DNA from: Octopus bimaculoides
Taxonomy: Eukaryota
Reading direction: 5' to 3'
Length of the DNA: 64,000 nt
Assembly (NCBI RefSeq): GCF_001194135.2
Contig: NC_068990.1
Coordinates: forward strand, 70,035,007 to 70,099,006
Under the pieces are notes generated by a model that saw only the letters and a list, made by a program, of their open reading frames with translations, had not been told where the DNA came from and searched no databases. The stretch's first letter is position 1, and every line of letters begins with the position of its first letter. Positions 13,067 through 25,522 of this stretch are shown piece by piece. A program made the translations under genes and the position numbers.

Positions 13067-14914
13067 CACAGTGTTCATAAATTATCTTTACAATTTCCAC
13101 AATTTATTGTCTTGTATTGTCTAGGTGTGTTGCATGCAACCAATGGAGCCCATGTGGAAGCATTCAGATATTTCTATTAAAAATTTGTTTTTCTATAAAC
13201 TCAACTGAATTATCTTTATTTAAAAATTTTTTTTGAATTTTTCAAATTCTAAAAGTAATTTATTTATATAAATATGTATACATATATAAATTTGTATACA
13301 TACGTGCATACACACACACTCGCGCACACATGCAACAGGCTTCTTTCAGTTTCTGTCTATTGAATCTACTGACAAGGCTTTGACCAACTTACAGCTATAA
13401 AAGAAGACATTTGCTCAAGGTGCCATGCAGTGGAACTGAACCTAAAATCATGTAGATGGAAAGCAAACTTAACCATACAGCCAAGCCTAAACCAGTTAAA
13501 TATCTCTTAGAAAAATATGGAATCACTTTGAATTAAATGTTTGTCATTTTCTTTCTGCAACAGAAAAAAAAAGAGCCTGAGAAATTATCAAAACCCAAAT
13601 CCCATGTTGTGTTTTGGGGAGTTATTTTTATTTTCTTTGCTTTTTTTGTTTGCTACTGAATTCAAAAAATCCTTTGTTATTATTATTATTATTAGTAATA
13701 ATAATAATAACAATAATAATACGTGCACCCTACAGTCAACTTGGATGAGCATCTGGGGGGAATTTATTTATTTCTTTATTGTTCAAGTGAGTGTATATTG
13801 TTGAAAGTTAATGAGTAAATAAATACACAGAGACAAAAATGCATTGAAGCATTCTCTAGCAGAAATTTTGATTCCATGTGAGACAAATAAATTGCATCAA
13901 AACATATGCAGCATTTTTCTCAAATTTCTTGCATGGTTAATTTGTAGGAATCTTAGAGATAAAAGAAGGTGTTACCTTGATGATAAAAAAGAACACCTTT
14001 TTTGTTTTGTTTTATCATTATCTCCCTAGAAACGTGATATTTAACCCATAGTTTGTGAGAGGACCTTCTTAGATTCAAATGGTAAGCAGTCAAGTAAGAA
14101 TGGTGCAGGCTATGTAAATGTCTAAAGAATTAGAGTTTCCAATATTGAGAAGGGGTTTCCAATTGGCAACCAGTTCTCAAAATAAAAGATTGCATCTCAT
14201 ATTTTGCTACTTAGTTTTGCAAAAGGAATACAGGATCACTGTTGACAAGTTGCTGATACATGAGTTTATTCATTTCTTTCATCTAATGTCTGTTTTCCAG
14301 TGCTAGCATGACATAGATGAAAATAGATTTGAGGCAGGATTTTTACAGCAGGTATACTCTTTGTGTCTCCAACCCTTACCTGTTTTTCAAGAGATTTTTA
14401 TTCCAGAGGTCTCTGAAAGTGTATAGCTGGTGGATGATTTGTTGAAGGGTGATGTCAACAAATTTCACTAGTAGTAGCCCAAACACACTGTTAGCATGTC
14501 AAGCAAANNNNNNNNNNNNNNNNNNNNNNNNNNNNNNNNNNNNNNNNNNNNNNNNNNNNNNNNNNNNNNNNNNNNNNNNNNNNNNNNNNNNNNNNNNNNN
14601 NNNNNNNNNNNNNNNNNNNNNNNNNGTCGATAAATTAAGTACCAGTGAAACACTGGAGTCGATGTAATTGACTAGCCCCATCCCCCAAAATTTCAGGCCT
14701 TGTGCCTTCAGTAGAAAGGATTATTATCATCATTATATGTTTGGCTTTTGCTTTGTATTTGTACAAGTTGACTCCAAGTCTNNNNNNNNNNNNNNNNNNN
14801 NNNNNNNNNNNNNNNNNNNNNNNNNNNNNNNNNNNNNNNNNNNNNNNNNNNNNNNNNNNNNATCATTATTATTTTGTTGTCATTTTATTAATATTGCTGT
14901 TGTTGTTTTTGCAG

Positions 14915-15274
14915 TTTGCCGTGGTACAAGTCAGAAGCTGACGCATTCTGGCTCAGCAATGTTCAGATATGATTCACTACGGAGAAAATACACGAACTGT
15001 ACATATATTGAAGGCAACTTGGAAATTGTTTTTCTCAATAACAAGTCAATTAAATATGACTTGTCATTCCTAGAGACTATCAGGGAAATTACTGGTTATG
15101 TTCTAATAATTGACGTTTATGCGGACTACATCCCCCTAACTAATCTTCAGATTATACGCGGAAGGGAACTTTTTAAACATAAAGAAAGTGACTACAGTTT
15201 ATTTGTAGCAAGTAACTACGAAAGAGGAACTAAAAAAGTTGGTCTGAAGGAACTACGTTTCAAATCACTTGGAG
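14915..15274 (+). CDS. EGFR: EGFR coding exon A (L1 domain; equals human exons 2+3)
   Basis: Acceptor ttttgcag, donor gtaagt at 15275, phase 1-1, 360 nt. Reads (V)CRGTSQKLTHSGSAMFRYDSLRRKYTNCTYIEGNLEIVFL...LRFKSLG, matching the EGFR receptor L1 domain (human VCQGTSNKL...NCEVVLGNLEI). Confidence 0.97.
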
Positions 15275-16269
15275 GTAAGTCTTAATTTATTTATTTCAAA
15301 AGAGCATCTCTTTTTTTTATTGCAGTGAAAAGTTTCTGTCTTCAAGGGTATCACAAAAGGCCTGGTTGGAGGCTCAACCTTCCAAGTTCTTTTACAGTGC
15401 TGAAGGACTCCTGCAATTAGTGTGTGAATTTGATGAATAAATTCATAATTAACTTATCCTCCTGTATTTTCTTTTACACAAAGCCAGAAATTGTTCAGTA
15501 CCTTCTCATAATGTTGTGGCTGTGAGTTTTAATAATTTCTCAATCACTTTCACATCTTGCTAGTCACCTTCATAACTATGTGTGGTACATGCCTGGAATA
15601 TCTATGATCATTGGTCTACTCAATCAGAGTTGACTTAAAAATAAAGAACAATGATGATGACAATGAAAATGATGGCAATTATTGACACTGAAGACACCAA
15701 TGATGATGACAAATGACAGCAATGGTTTGTGACAATTTTCAAATGCGTTTTAATGTGATTCAAATTATTTTAGTTGTTTGTAATAAGAAATATAGTTCTA
15801 AACCAAAATATATTACAAAGATTCTGTTTTCTTTTTTTATATTCCATAGTGGCCGTTGCCAGTATCGCCTGACTGGCCTTCGTGCAGGTGACATATAAAA
15901 GCACCTACTACACTCTCTGAGTGGTTGGCATTAGGAAGGGCANNNNNNNNNNNNNNNNNNNNNNNNNNNNNNNNNNNNNNNNNNNNNNNNNNNNNNNNNN
16001 NNNNNNNNNNNNNNNNNNNNNNNNNNNNNNNNNNNNNNNNNNNNNNNNNNNNNNNNNNNNNGATGATGATGATATTGGACATTTTGACAAATTTTGGCTA
16101 TTAAATAGGAATCATTTAATTTATTTCTAAAAGCTGGACATTATTTCTGTTTCAAATGATTGAATAACAAAATAAAAGTGGGATTTACTTCCTGGAATTC
16201 TCTACAATAACAATCTGACAAAGTTTTAACTTGTATCTTTTAATATTCATCATCTGTGAAGAATTATTG

Positions 16270-16540
16270 CCGTTCATGTATTTCATAGAGAGAGAACATA
16301 TCTGTTGGTTGGATTGTGATCCAATATGGATGATGGGATTATCTGAGAGAAACTTCTCTCCAGTGTACTACCCACAGGAAAGAATCCAGCTAGGAGATCA
16401 CAGGGTACACTGCAAAGAATATAGAAAGATTAACTTGAAGGCACTTTTGATTAACCCTAACACCTGGAAGATATTAATCTCCAATGAAGGTGCCTGAAGA
16501 CAGATTCTGCTGAAACGGCTGTACTAGACTGAAAAAAGCT
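16270..16540 (+). mobile_element. Old RTE-like LINE remnant
   Basis: KINLKALLINPNTWKILISNEGA*RQIL resembles the RTE C-terminal LKA.LK...I.P.TWE.LA.DR..WR motif. Confidence 0.45.
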
Positions 16541-16793
16541 TCTCTCCACCCTGTACAAACTTACACACACACACACACATGCGCTTGGTCCAAAGACCAT
16601 AAANNNNNNNNNNACAAACTTACACACACACACACACATGCGCTTGGTCCAAAGACCATAAAAACCAGTTCTACTAGAAATAACTTGATACATTTTAGAA
16701 TGTTTTAGAATATATATAATACATTTTTGTATTTTTTATTCTATTTAGAATATTGTACAGTGTGTGTGTGTATGTATATACACACACATAAAT

Positions 16794-16833
<40 letters not shown>

Positions 16834-16876
16834 NNNNNNNNNNNNNNNNNNNNNNNNNNNNNNNNNNNNNNNNNNN

Positions 16877-16920
<44 letters not shown>

Positions 16921-18880
16921 CAGTGTTTTAAAAATATATTTCCATGTTATTATGAGTGGAATATATTTCAGATGCAGGATAAAAAGACATTGTTTTTACA
17001 GGTGGATGCTCTTCCTATGAACTGTTAAACCTTCATCTTTAAAATAAGGTCTAGCTCTTGTTATTTTTTTCACCTGTCAAGTAAACTAGAGCAAATAGAG
17101 TTGTGTGCCTTGCTCAGAGACACAAGACAATAGCCACATCAGTAATATTTGAACATATCATGATATGATCTCTAAACTAACTCGTTAACCTCTCAGTCTG
17201 GGTTTAGTTTCAAATACTAGTTAAAATGATTCTTCTCTACCACCATCACCACCACCGCTATCATCAGCATCATCATAACTAGTCGANNNNNNNNNNTACC
17301 ACCATCACCACCACCGCTATCATCAGCATCATCATAACTAGTCGATTTTCTACTTTACCATAATAGTAAGGTGCTCCAAGAATTCTTTATTCCCTTCAGA
17401 TTTCTTTATTCATGTTTATTTATTCTGATCCATTTATTTAAGCTAAACAAACAACTTCATGCACATGGCCTTCCCTAGTGACCAGTTATTGTTAGGAAAA
17501 TAATCATTTCTGGATAAATCTTGGCTGGATTGGAAGTTTGAATTTTAAATCAAAGAACAAAAAAGAAAATGAAGAGAAAATATATCTTATCTTTTTTTTT
17601 TTTTTTNNNNNNNNNNNNNNNNNNNNNNNNNNNNNNNNNNNNNNNNNNNNNNNNNNNNNAGCTTGCTTCCCAACCACATGATTCCAGGTTCAGTCCCACT
17701 GCATGGCATGTGTGTGTGTGTGTGTTTCTGTGTTTGTCCCCCACCATCACTTGACAACCGATGTTGGTATATTTACATCCCCATAACTTAACAGTTTGGC
17801 AAAAGAGACTGATAGAATAAGTACTAGNNNNNNNNNNTTTGGCAAAAGAGACTGATAGAATAAGTACTAGGCTTATAAAGAATAAGTTGGTTTGTTCAAC
17901 TAAAGGTGGTGCCTCAGCCTGGCTGCAGTCAAATGACTGAAACAAGTAAAAGAATAAAAGAATAGTGCCATTTCATAACTCTACAATAAATATTCATTAG
18001 TCTCCACCAGTTTGTTTTAACAGAGTTCTTAATGTCCATTCTTATTCCATAGCCTTATTTACTTCTTTGTTAAAAATTAAGCCATTAAACTCTTCATGAA
18101 CCATGTCTATTCATAGAATCAGCACATTATTTTCTCATTTCTTCAAGTTGTACTGATGAAAGAGAATTTTCTCTTTGGTTAGGGCACCACACTAATGTTG
18201 GTTTCAAATTTTGGCACAAGACCAGAGATCTTGAGAGGAGAAAATTTAACTGATTTCTCCACATCAGTACTTGACTGGTTCTTTCTTTTATTAACCCCAG
18301 AAGGATGAAAAGCAAAGTTGACCTCAGCAGTATTTTAACTCTGAACATGAAGAGCTGGAAGAAATGTTAAAATGTTCTAACAATTCGGCTANNNNNNNNN
18401 NGAACATGAAGAGCTGGAAGAAATGTTAAAATGTTCTAACAATTCGGCTAGCTAATAATCCTTTCTATTATTGGTACAAGACCTAAAATTTGTGGCAAAT
18501 CGACCCCAGGACTTATTCTTTGGAAGCCTAGTACTTATTCTATNNNNNNNNNNNNNNNNNNNNNNNNNNNNNNNNNNNNNNNNNNNNNNNNNNNNNNNNN
18601 NNNNNNNNNNNNNNNNNNNNNNNNNNNNNNNNNNNNNNNNNNNNNNNNNNNNNNNNNNNNNNNNNNNNNNNNNNNNNNNNNNNNNNNNNNNNNNNNNNNN
18701 NNNNNNNNNNNNNNNNNNNNNNNNNNNNNNNNNNNNNNNNNNNNNNNNNNNNNNNNNNNNNNNNNNNNNNNNNNNNNNNNNNNNNNNNNNNNNNNNNNNN
18801 NNNNNNNNNNNNNNNNNNNNNNNTGTGGTTGTTAAGCAAGCTACTTACCACACAGCCACTCCTACGCCTATGTGTGCAAC

Positions 18881-18971
18881 GCTTACGGCACCTAGGTTTC
18901 CCAAGCGGTCACCCATCTAAGTACTCACCAGGCTCGATGTTGCTTAACTTCGGTGATCGGACGAGAACCGG
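18881..18971 (-). pseudogene. 5'-truncated 5S rRNA copy (approx. nt 28-118 of 5S)
   Basis: Minus strand reads CCGGTTCTCGTCCGATCACCGAAGTTAAGCAACATCGAGCCTGGTGAGTACTTAGATGGGTGACCGCTTGGGAAACCTAGGTGCCGTAAGC, a clear invertebrate 5S rRNA body with A box, intermediate element and C box. The first ~27 nt are missing. Confidence 0.9.
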
Positions 18972-20385
18972 AGGGATGGTTATGGTTGAAATGCCTTTCA
19001 TTATAGATTTGTTAGATCAGAGCTGACCTAATTAAAACAAAAACAAGTTTATATTTCAAGCCTATCGTCATATGTGTAATTGTCCTCTATTCACCTTCCA
19101 TAATATGGCCAGGCTATTTTTATTATTATTATTAATATTATCATTAAACTAGTGAGCTAACAGAATCATTAGCATGCTGGACGAAATGCTTAGTGGTATT
19201 TTGCCCATCACTATATTCTGAGTTCAAATTCTGCCTAGGTTGATTTGTCTTTCATCCTTTTGAGAATTGATAAAACAAGTACCAGTTGAGCACTNNNNNN
19301 NNNNTGTCTTTCATCCTTTTGAGAATTGATAAAACAAGTACCAGTTGAGCACTGGATTTGATGTAATCTTTCCTCCAAAATGTCAGGTCTTGTGCCTATA
19401 ATAGAAAGGGCTATGGTGAGCTGGCAGAATCATTAGCACACCAGATAAAATGCTTAGCGGCATTTTGCCCCATTGCTATATTCTGAGTTCAAATTCCGCC
19501 ATGGTCAACTTTGCCTTTCATCCTTTTGGAGTCCATAAATTAAGTTCCAGTGAAGCATTGGGGTCGATATAATTGACTATTCCTCTCCCACAAAATTTCA
19601 GGCCATGTGCCTATAATAGAAAAAATTATTATTATTCAACTTTACGCTGAAAGTCTGGCCGGTAACGTATTTTTCTGCATTATATGGACAATTTATCCTA
19701 ATCACGCTATTTATAGCATTATCATGCGTTTGAGAAATAAATTTATTTCTNNNNNNNNNNGCTATTTATAGCATTATCATGCGTTTGAGAAATAAATTTA
19801 TTTCTGTATTATTATTATTATTATTTCATCGTAAGGGGGTGAGCTGGACAAAATTCTCTGCAGCATGTTGCCTCCCTTTACATTCTGGGTTCAAATCCTG
19901 CCAAGGTCAACATTGCCTTGCATCATCTTGGGGTTGATAGAATAAGTACAAGTGAGCTCTGGGCTCATTGTAATCAACTAACCTGTCTCCACTCTAAGCT
20001 TTCAGGCTTTGTGCTTCTTGTAGAAAGAACTATTATTCATTTTTTTAATATTCACTTTTGCATGTTTGCATGGGTTAGATGGAATTTATTAAAGCAGATT
20101 ATCTATGGCCAGATGCTTGAAATGTTGCCAACACAAACACTCACTGACATATATATACAATAGGCTTCTTTCAGTTTCCATCTACCAAATCTACTTACAA
20201 GGTTTTGATTGGCCCCGGGCTATAGTAGACAACGCATTTGCCCAAGGTTCCACATAGTGAGACTGAACCTGAGACCACATGGTTGAGAAACAAACTTCTC
20301 AACCACACAGCTACACTTGCACCTATTATTATTTTATATTAATCATTTAACCTTTATTCTTTTTCTTTTTTTTACTTTATTCCAG

Positions 20386-20523
20386 AAATCCTAAATGGAA
20401 AAGTTGCTTTCATGAACAACAATTTGCTGTGTTATGAAATGACCATTAATTGGACGGATATTAACCCAACATCGGATCCTCCAGCTGAATTTTTCTTTGC
20501 TTCTGACTTTGACAGACGAAAAT
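20386..20523 (+). CDS. EGFR: EGFR coding exon B (end of L1)
   Basis: Polypyrimidine tract plus tccag, donor gtaagt, phase 1-1, 138 nt. EILNGKVAFMNNNLLCYEMTINWTDINPTSDPPAEFFFASDFDRRK (human EILHGAVRFSNNPALC...IQWRDI). Confidence 0.95.
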
Positions 20524-21248
20524 GTAAGTACTCTTTTCATTTCCATTATTTCATGATATCATATTGACTTATATGGTGCAATATTGATATATAATATATA
20601 TGCTTACAGTATATATTATTTTCATAGCTAACTGGATGTCTGATGTATTTTTACAATAATACATACACGCATAAATATGTATTTATATTCTCTTCCATTT
20701 TCCATTATTTAAAGTCTTTTTCTTAGGAAAAAGTTGGTTTCTAACAAAAATGCAAAGCTCAATCATTGAAATATAAATAGCAAAAACAAATCTACAGTTT
20801 GAGCTTGAGAAAAGTCTTGCACATTTTTACTGTTCTGCTTGCAGATTGTATTTTTAATATATGTATATGCATGCATATAGATAGATAGACACTTAGACGC
20901 TTGTATTGAACAGTGAGAAAGTGTGTTCGACACTGAATTGGTGGGTAACTATACTTTATTTGTGGCTAACAATGCACCCAATAGTACCATCTGGAAGAAA
21001 TCCCCACAATTGTTCAACTAAACCACATGGGAATGCTATTACTCATCTCCATTTTCAATGAGAATATATATGCATATAGTTTTCATGAAGCAATGTCTGA
21101 TATATATAAATGATATTAATTTTTTTTTTTAGCCAAAACCATGCAATTATTAATAATATAGGTCAATGATTAGTAGTTTTACATTTCCATGTTTCAAGAA
21201 ATCTTCAAAGAAAAGGTGTTGTGAGCTGACTTCAACTTTTCTCCAGAG

Positions 21249-21288
21249 ATTTCCTGAAGAAGGGTTCCTAACCCCAAAATATTGAAAT
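21249..21288 (+). ncRNA. Minimal hammerhead motif with G12A lesion (predicted inactive)
   Basis: AUUUC-CUGAAGA-A-GGGUU-CCU-AACCC-C-AAAA-UAUU-GAAAU: perfect 5-bp stems I and II and AAUAUU stem III, but AAAA replaces GAAA. Confidence 0.62.
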
Positions 21289-21725
21289 GCCGGGTAATAA
21301 TACAAACCATTGACCTGTATTTTTAATACCTTGCACTGTTTTTGCTTTAAAATAAAATAAAATCATTTGTGTGTGTGTGTGTAGAATACTTTAGATGTGA
21401 TAATGAATGATATAATANNNNNNNNNNGTGTGTGTGTGTGTAGAATACTTTAGATGTGATAATGAATGATATAATACTACAAACAATCTCTTTAATTTAA
21501 AAGGAATATATTTTAGAGTCTTATGTAGGTTATTATCAAAGCTGAGGTTGTCTAATTTATATATACATTTCATCATCTTTTAATGCCCATTTTCTAATGG
21601 TTGCTTTGGTTGGATATGAGGGAGGATCCAATGAGTCTGAGGACTGCATCATACTCCAGTGTCTACTCAGGCATGATTTCTATGACTGGATACCTTTTCT
21701 AATGCCAACCACTTCACAGAGGGCA

Positions 21726-21761
<36 letters not shown>

Positions 21762-22596
21762 NNNNNNNNNNGTGTGTGTGTGTGTGTGTATGTGGTACCA
21801 ACACTAGTGAGATTCACTTTGCAGCATACAAGACTAATATGGGTATATATGTATGTGTGTATGTATATATATATGTGTGTGTGTATGTATATANNNNNNN
21901 NNNNNNNNNNNNNNNNNNNNNNNNNNNNNNNNNNNNNNNNNNNNNNNNNNNNNNNNNNNNNNNNNNNNNNNNNNNNNNNNATATATATATATATATTGAA
22001 CTCTATGAAAGTGACTCATAAGTGGTGGTGGTGTTGTCACTTCTCCTGTCAGTAAATCAACTGCTTGCCTTCTGCCTTTGAAGTTGTGTGAAATAAAAGA
22101 TCCTTTACTTGCAAAACATGTAAGGGTTAGTGATAGGAAGAACATCTAGCTGTAAAACAAGGCCTCAATAATGTATATGTCAAATCCATGCTAGCATGGA
22201 AAAAATGAATGTAAAACAAATGAGATATACATACACACACACACACACACACATATCTATAATCCTCCACTTCAGTTTGCAATGAGTTCAAGAAATGCTG
22301 AAAGGATAGAGATTTTGGTCAAGTAGTACAAACACTGCCAAAGAGAACTTTGTTCTTCTTGAGAATTTTCTGCTAATTTCCTCCACCATTTTCTTGATTA
22401 TTAAACATGACAATAATTCAGACGATCCCAACAGAGCTAAAACATTTCACTGCTACAATATTAATTACAAGATCTTTCTGTATTTTATATTTAACAAGAC
22501 AAAACTATGTTGTATACAATTGATATAAAGTAACATGTGGTGACATTCACTTTATATACATTTTGATAATTATATGTACTTTATATACATTTTCTT

Positions 22597-23020
22597 ACTG
22601 GCATTCCATTGGTTACAATGACAAGGGTTCCAANNNNNNNNNNATACATTTTCTTACTGGCATTCCATTGGTTACAATGACAAGGGTTCCAATCAATGTA
22701 ACAGTCCACCCATGAAATTTTCATGCAAGTGACTAAGCACTCCAGAGGTGCACATACCCTTAATGTAGTTCTCAGGGAGATTCAGCATGACACAGAATAT
22801 NNNNNNNNNNTACCCTTAATGTAGTTCTCAGGGAGATTCAGCATGACACAGAATATGACATGGCTGGCCCCTTTAATTACAGGTACAAAGTCATTTTTGC
22901 CAGTTGATTGAACTGGTGCAATGTGAAATAAAGTGTCTTGTTCAAGGATACAACATACCATCAGGAATTGAACTCACAACCTTATGACTGTGAGCCAAGT
23001 ACCCCTAACCACAAAGCCAC
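22597..23020 (-). mobile_element. tRNA-headed SINE, family C
   Basis: Minus-strand head gtggctttgtggttagggg...ggttgtgagttcaattcctg (A and B boxes) followed by gtatccttgaacaagacacttt. Confidence 0.72.
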
Positions 23021-23205
23021 TTTATATATGCCTTGGTGATTGATTATATGCACTTTGTATGCACCTTGATGATTAAATGCACTCTGAATACATTTTGATG
23101 ATGACCTGCACTTTATATACACCTTGGCAATTATATTCACTCTATATATACACTTGTGATTATATGCACTTTATATACCCTTGGTGGTGACATGCACTTT
23201 ATGGT
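23020..23205 (+). repeat. Degenerate ~29-nt minisatellite (atgcactttatatacaccttggtgatt-like), about 6 units
   Basis: Recurrent tgcactttatata...ttg units; two further units at 22540-22595. Confidence 0.65.
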
Positions 23206-23369
23206 TACATAAAAATTGCATATAGCTTGCATATGTACTAATGGTTTTGCTTATGTTCGCACTTTATTTTCTAATCAGATTCTGTTTATGTAATGAGTCT
23301 TAAAGTTAATTAAATAGTTAAATACTGAATTTTGTTCCAGTCTGACTTTATATGTTCTTATATTTTTAG

Positions 23370-23453
23370 GTAAACCCTGTCATCATAGCTGTTACCATAA
23401 TAGCACAAACAAGCTGAATTGTTGGGGTGCAGGACCAGACATGTGCCAAAAAT
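23370..23453 (+). CDS. EGFR: EGFR coding exon C (start of CR1, furin-like)
   Basis: tttttag acceptor, gtaagg donor, phase 1-1, 84 nt. CKPCHHSCYHNSTNKLNCWGAGPDMCQK contains the CWG..P..CQK motif. Confidence 0.95.
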
Positions 23454-23683
23454 GTAAGGGACTTCAAGCTTATCTTATTTAAATATCCTTTTGAATAACA
23501 CCTAAAGGTTAATCCATAAATGCCTAATACAAACTTGTAGTTATTTTGTGGGGTGGAGTAGTGGGTTTGTGTTGTTTCTTTACTGACAAAAATCTAGCAT
23601 TAGAAATCATATGTGACTTATCTGCCAAACATTGGTTTGGCTTCCAGATTTGCAGTGCACAGTAACACACATGCATGCACGTC

Positions 23684-23722
<39 letters not shown>

Positions 23723-23760
23723 NNNNNNNNNNNNNNNNNNNNNNNNNNNNNNNNNNNNNN

Positions 23761-23796
<36 letters not shown>

Positions 23797-25400
23797 TGGG
23801 TTCACCATGTCACTGCTCAGTCTTTACAAATATGGATAGTGTAAACAAATATGGATGTTATAAAAGAATGGATATTATAAANNNNNNNNNNTGGATAGTG
23901 TAAACAAATATGGATGTTATAAAAGAATGGATATTATAAATGAATATGGACATTATAAACAAATATAGATATTGTAAGCAAATATGTTTGATGAGATTGC
24001 CTGCCAAAAACAAAACTAAGTCAGATATGTGTGAAACAGGCACAGCTCTTTACTGGCTGGCTGTAACCCTCATGTCCATCCCATACTACACACATTGTTT
24101 GTGAGTCGAAAATGGCAATTTAAAAGCATCTGTTTGTTCTGGCAGCAGAGGTCACAGAAATATGTCACTCTAGTATTTGTGGTTCCAGAATTTTCTTAGA
24201 ATATATTTCACTTAAATGATTGCATTCAAACATGTAAGCATGGATGTGTGGTTTAGAAGTTTGCTTCTCAACCACATGGTTTTAAGTTCAGTCCCACTGT
24301 GTAGCACCTTGGACAAGCCTTCTACTATAGCCCTGGGTTGACCAAAGTTTTGTGAGTAAATTTGATAAACTGGAAACTAAATGAAGCTTGTCATATATAT
24401 ATATATNNNNNNNNNNNNNNNNNNNNNNNNNNNNNNNNNNNNNNNNNNNNNNNNNNNNNNNNNNNNNNNNNNNNNNNNNNNNNNNNNNNNNNNNNNNNNN
24501 NNNNNNNNNNNNNNNNNNNNNNNNNNNNNNNNNNNNNNNNNNNNNNNNNNNNNNNNNNNNNNNNNNNNNNNNNNNNNNNNNNNNNNNNNNNNNNNNNNNN
24601 NNNNNNNNNNNNNNNNNNNNNNNNNNNNNNNNNNNNNNNNNNNNNNNNNNNNNNNNNNNNNNNNNNNNNNNNNNNNNNNNNNNNNNNNNNNNNNNNNNNN
24701 NNNNNNNNNNNNNNNNNNNNNNNNNNNNNNNNNNNNNNNNNNNNNNNNNNNNNNNNNNNNNNNNNNNNNNNNNNNNNNNNNNNNNNNNNNNNNNNNNNNN
24801 NNNNNNNNNNNNNNNNNNNNNNNNNNNNNNNNNNNNNNNNNNNNNNNNNNNNNNNNNNNNNNNNNNNNNNNNNNNNNNNNNNNNNNNNNNNNNNNNNNNN
24901 NNNNNNNNNNNNNNNNNNNNNNNNNNNNNNNNNNNNNNNNNNNNNNNNNNNNNNNNNNNNNNNNNNNNNNNNNNNNNNNNNNNNNNNNNNNNNNNNNNNN
25001 NNNNNNNNNNNNNNNNNNNNNNNNNNNNNNNNNNNNNNNNNNNNNNNNNNNNNNNNNNNNNNNNNNNNNNNNNNNNNNNNNNNNNNNNNNNNNNNNNNNN
25101 NNNNNNNNNNNNNNNNNNNNNNNNNNNNNNNNNNNNNNNNNNNNNNNNNNNNNNNNNNNNNNNNNNNNNNNNNNNNNNNNATATATATATATATATATAC
25201 TTGTGAAACAGTTAAGTATTGATGAGGGAACGCATTCATTCATAAAATCATGCCTCAAATAATGCTTCATCATGGAAGAATACATAATAAACATCTAAAT
25301 TAGGTTAAGAGTATAATCTCTTTTTGAGAAATGTTTTAAATTTTGAATATTTTTGTCATTCCTTCCAGTAAAAATTTTTATATTCGTTTTGTTGCTTTAG

Positions 25401-25522
25401 TAAGCCAGGGTGCTGTGTGCAGTGCTTCCTGTGACAACCGGTGTTTCGGTAAACTACCAAACCAATGTTGCCATGCTGAATGTGCTGGTGGATGTACTGG
25501 ACCCAAGAATACTGATTGTTTG
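25401..25522 (+). CDS. EGFR: EGFR coding exon D (CR1)
   Basis: ctttag acceptor, gtatgt donor, phase 1-0, 122 nt. [41 protein letters not shown]. Confidence 0.96.

Noticed and set aside
16494-16529. CTGAAGA...GAAAC-GGCT-GTA hammerhead-like string on the + strand
   Set aside because: No stem I pairing and a poor stem II; it lies within a decayed RTE reading frame, so it is likely coincidental.
18153-18176. CTGATGA followed by a hairpin
   Set aside because: No downstream GAAA or stem III; part of a SINE copy.
24362-25294. Long ORFs in the supplied track (also 2674-3543, 38194-38708, 59718-60466)
   Set aside because: Open only because they run through N gaps and (TA)n or (TG)n tracts.
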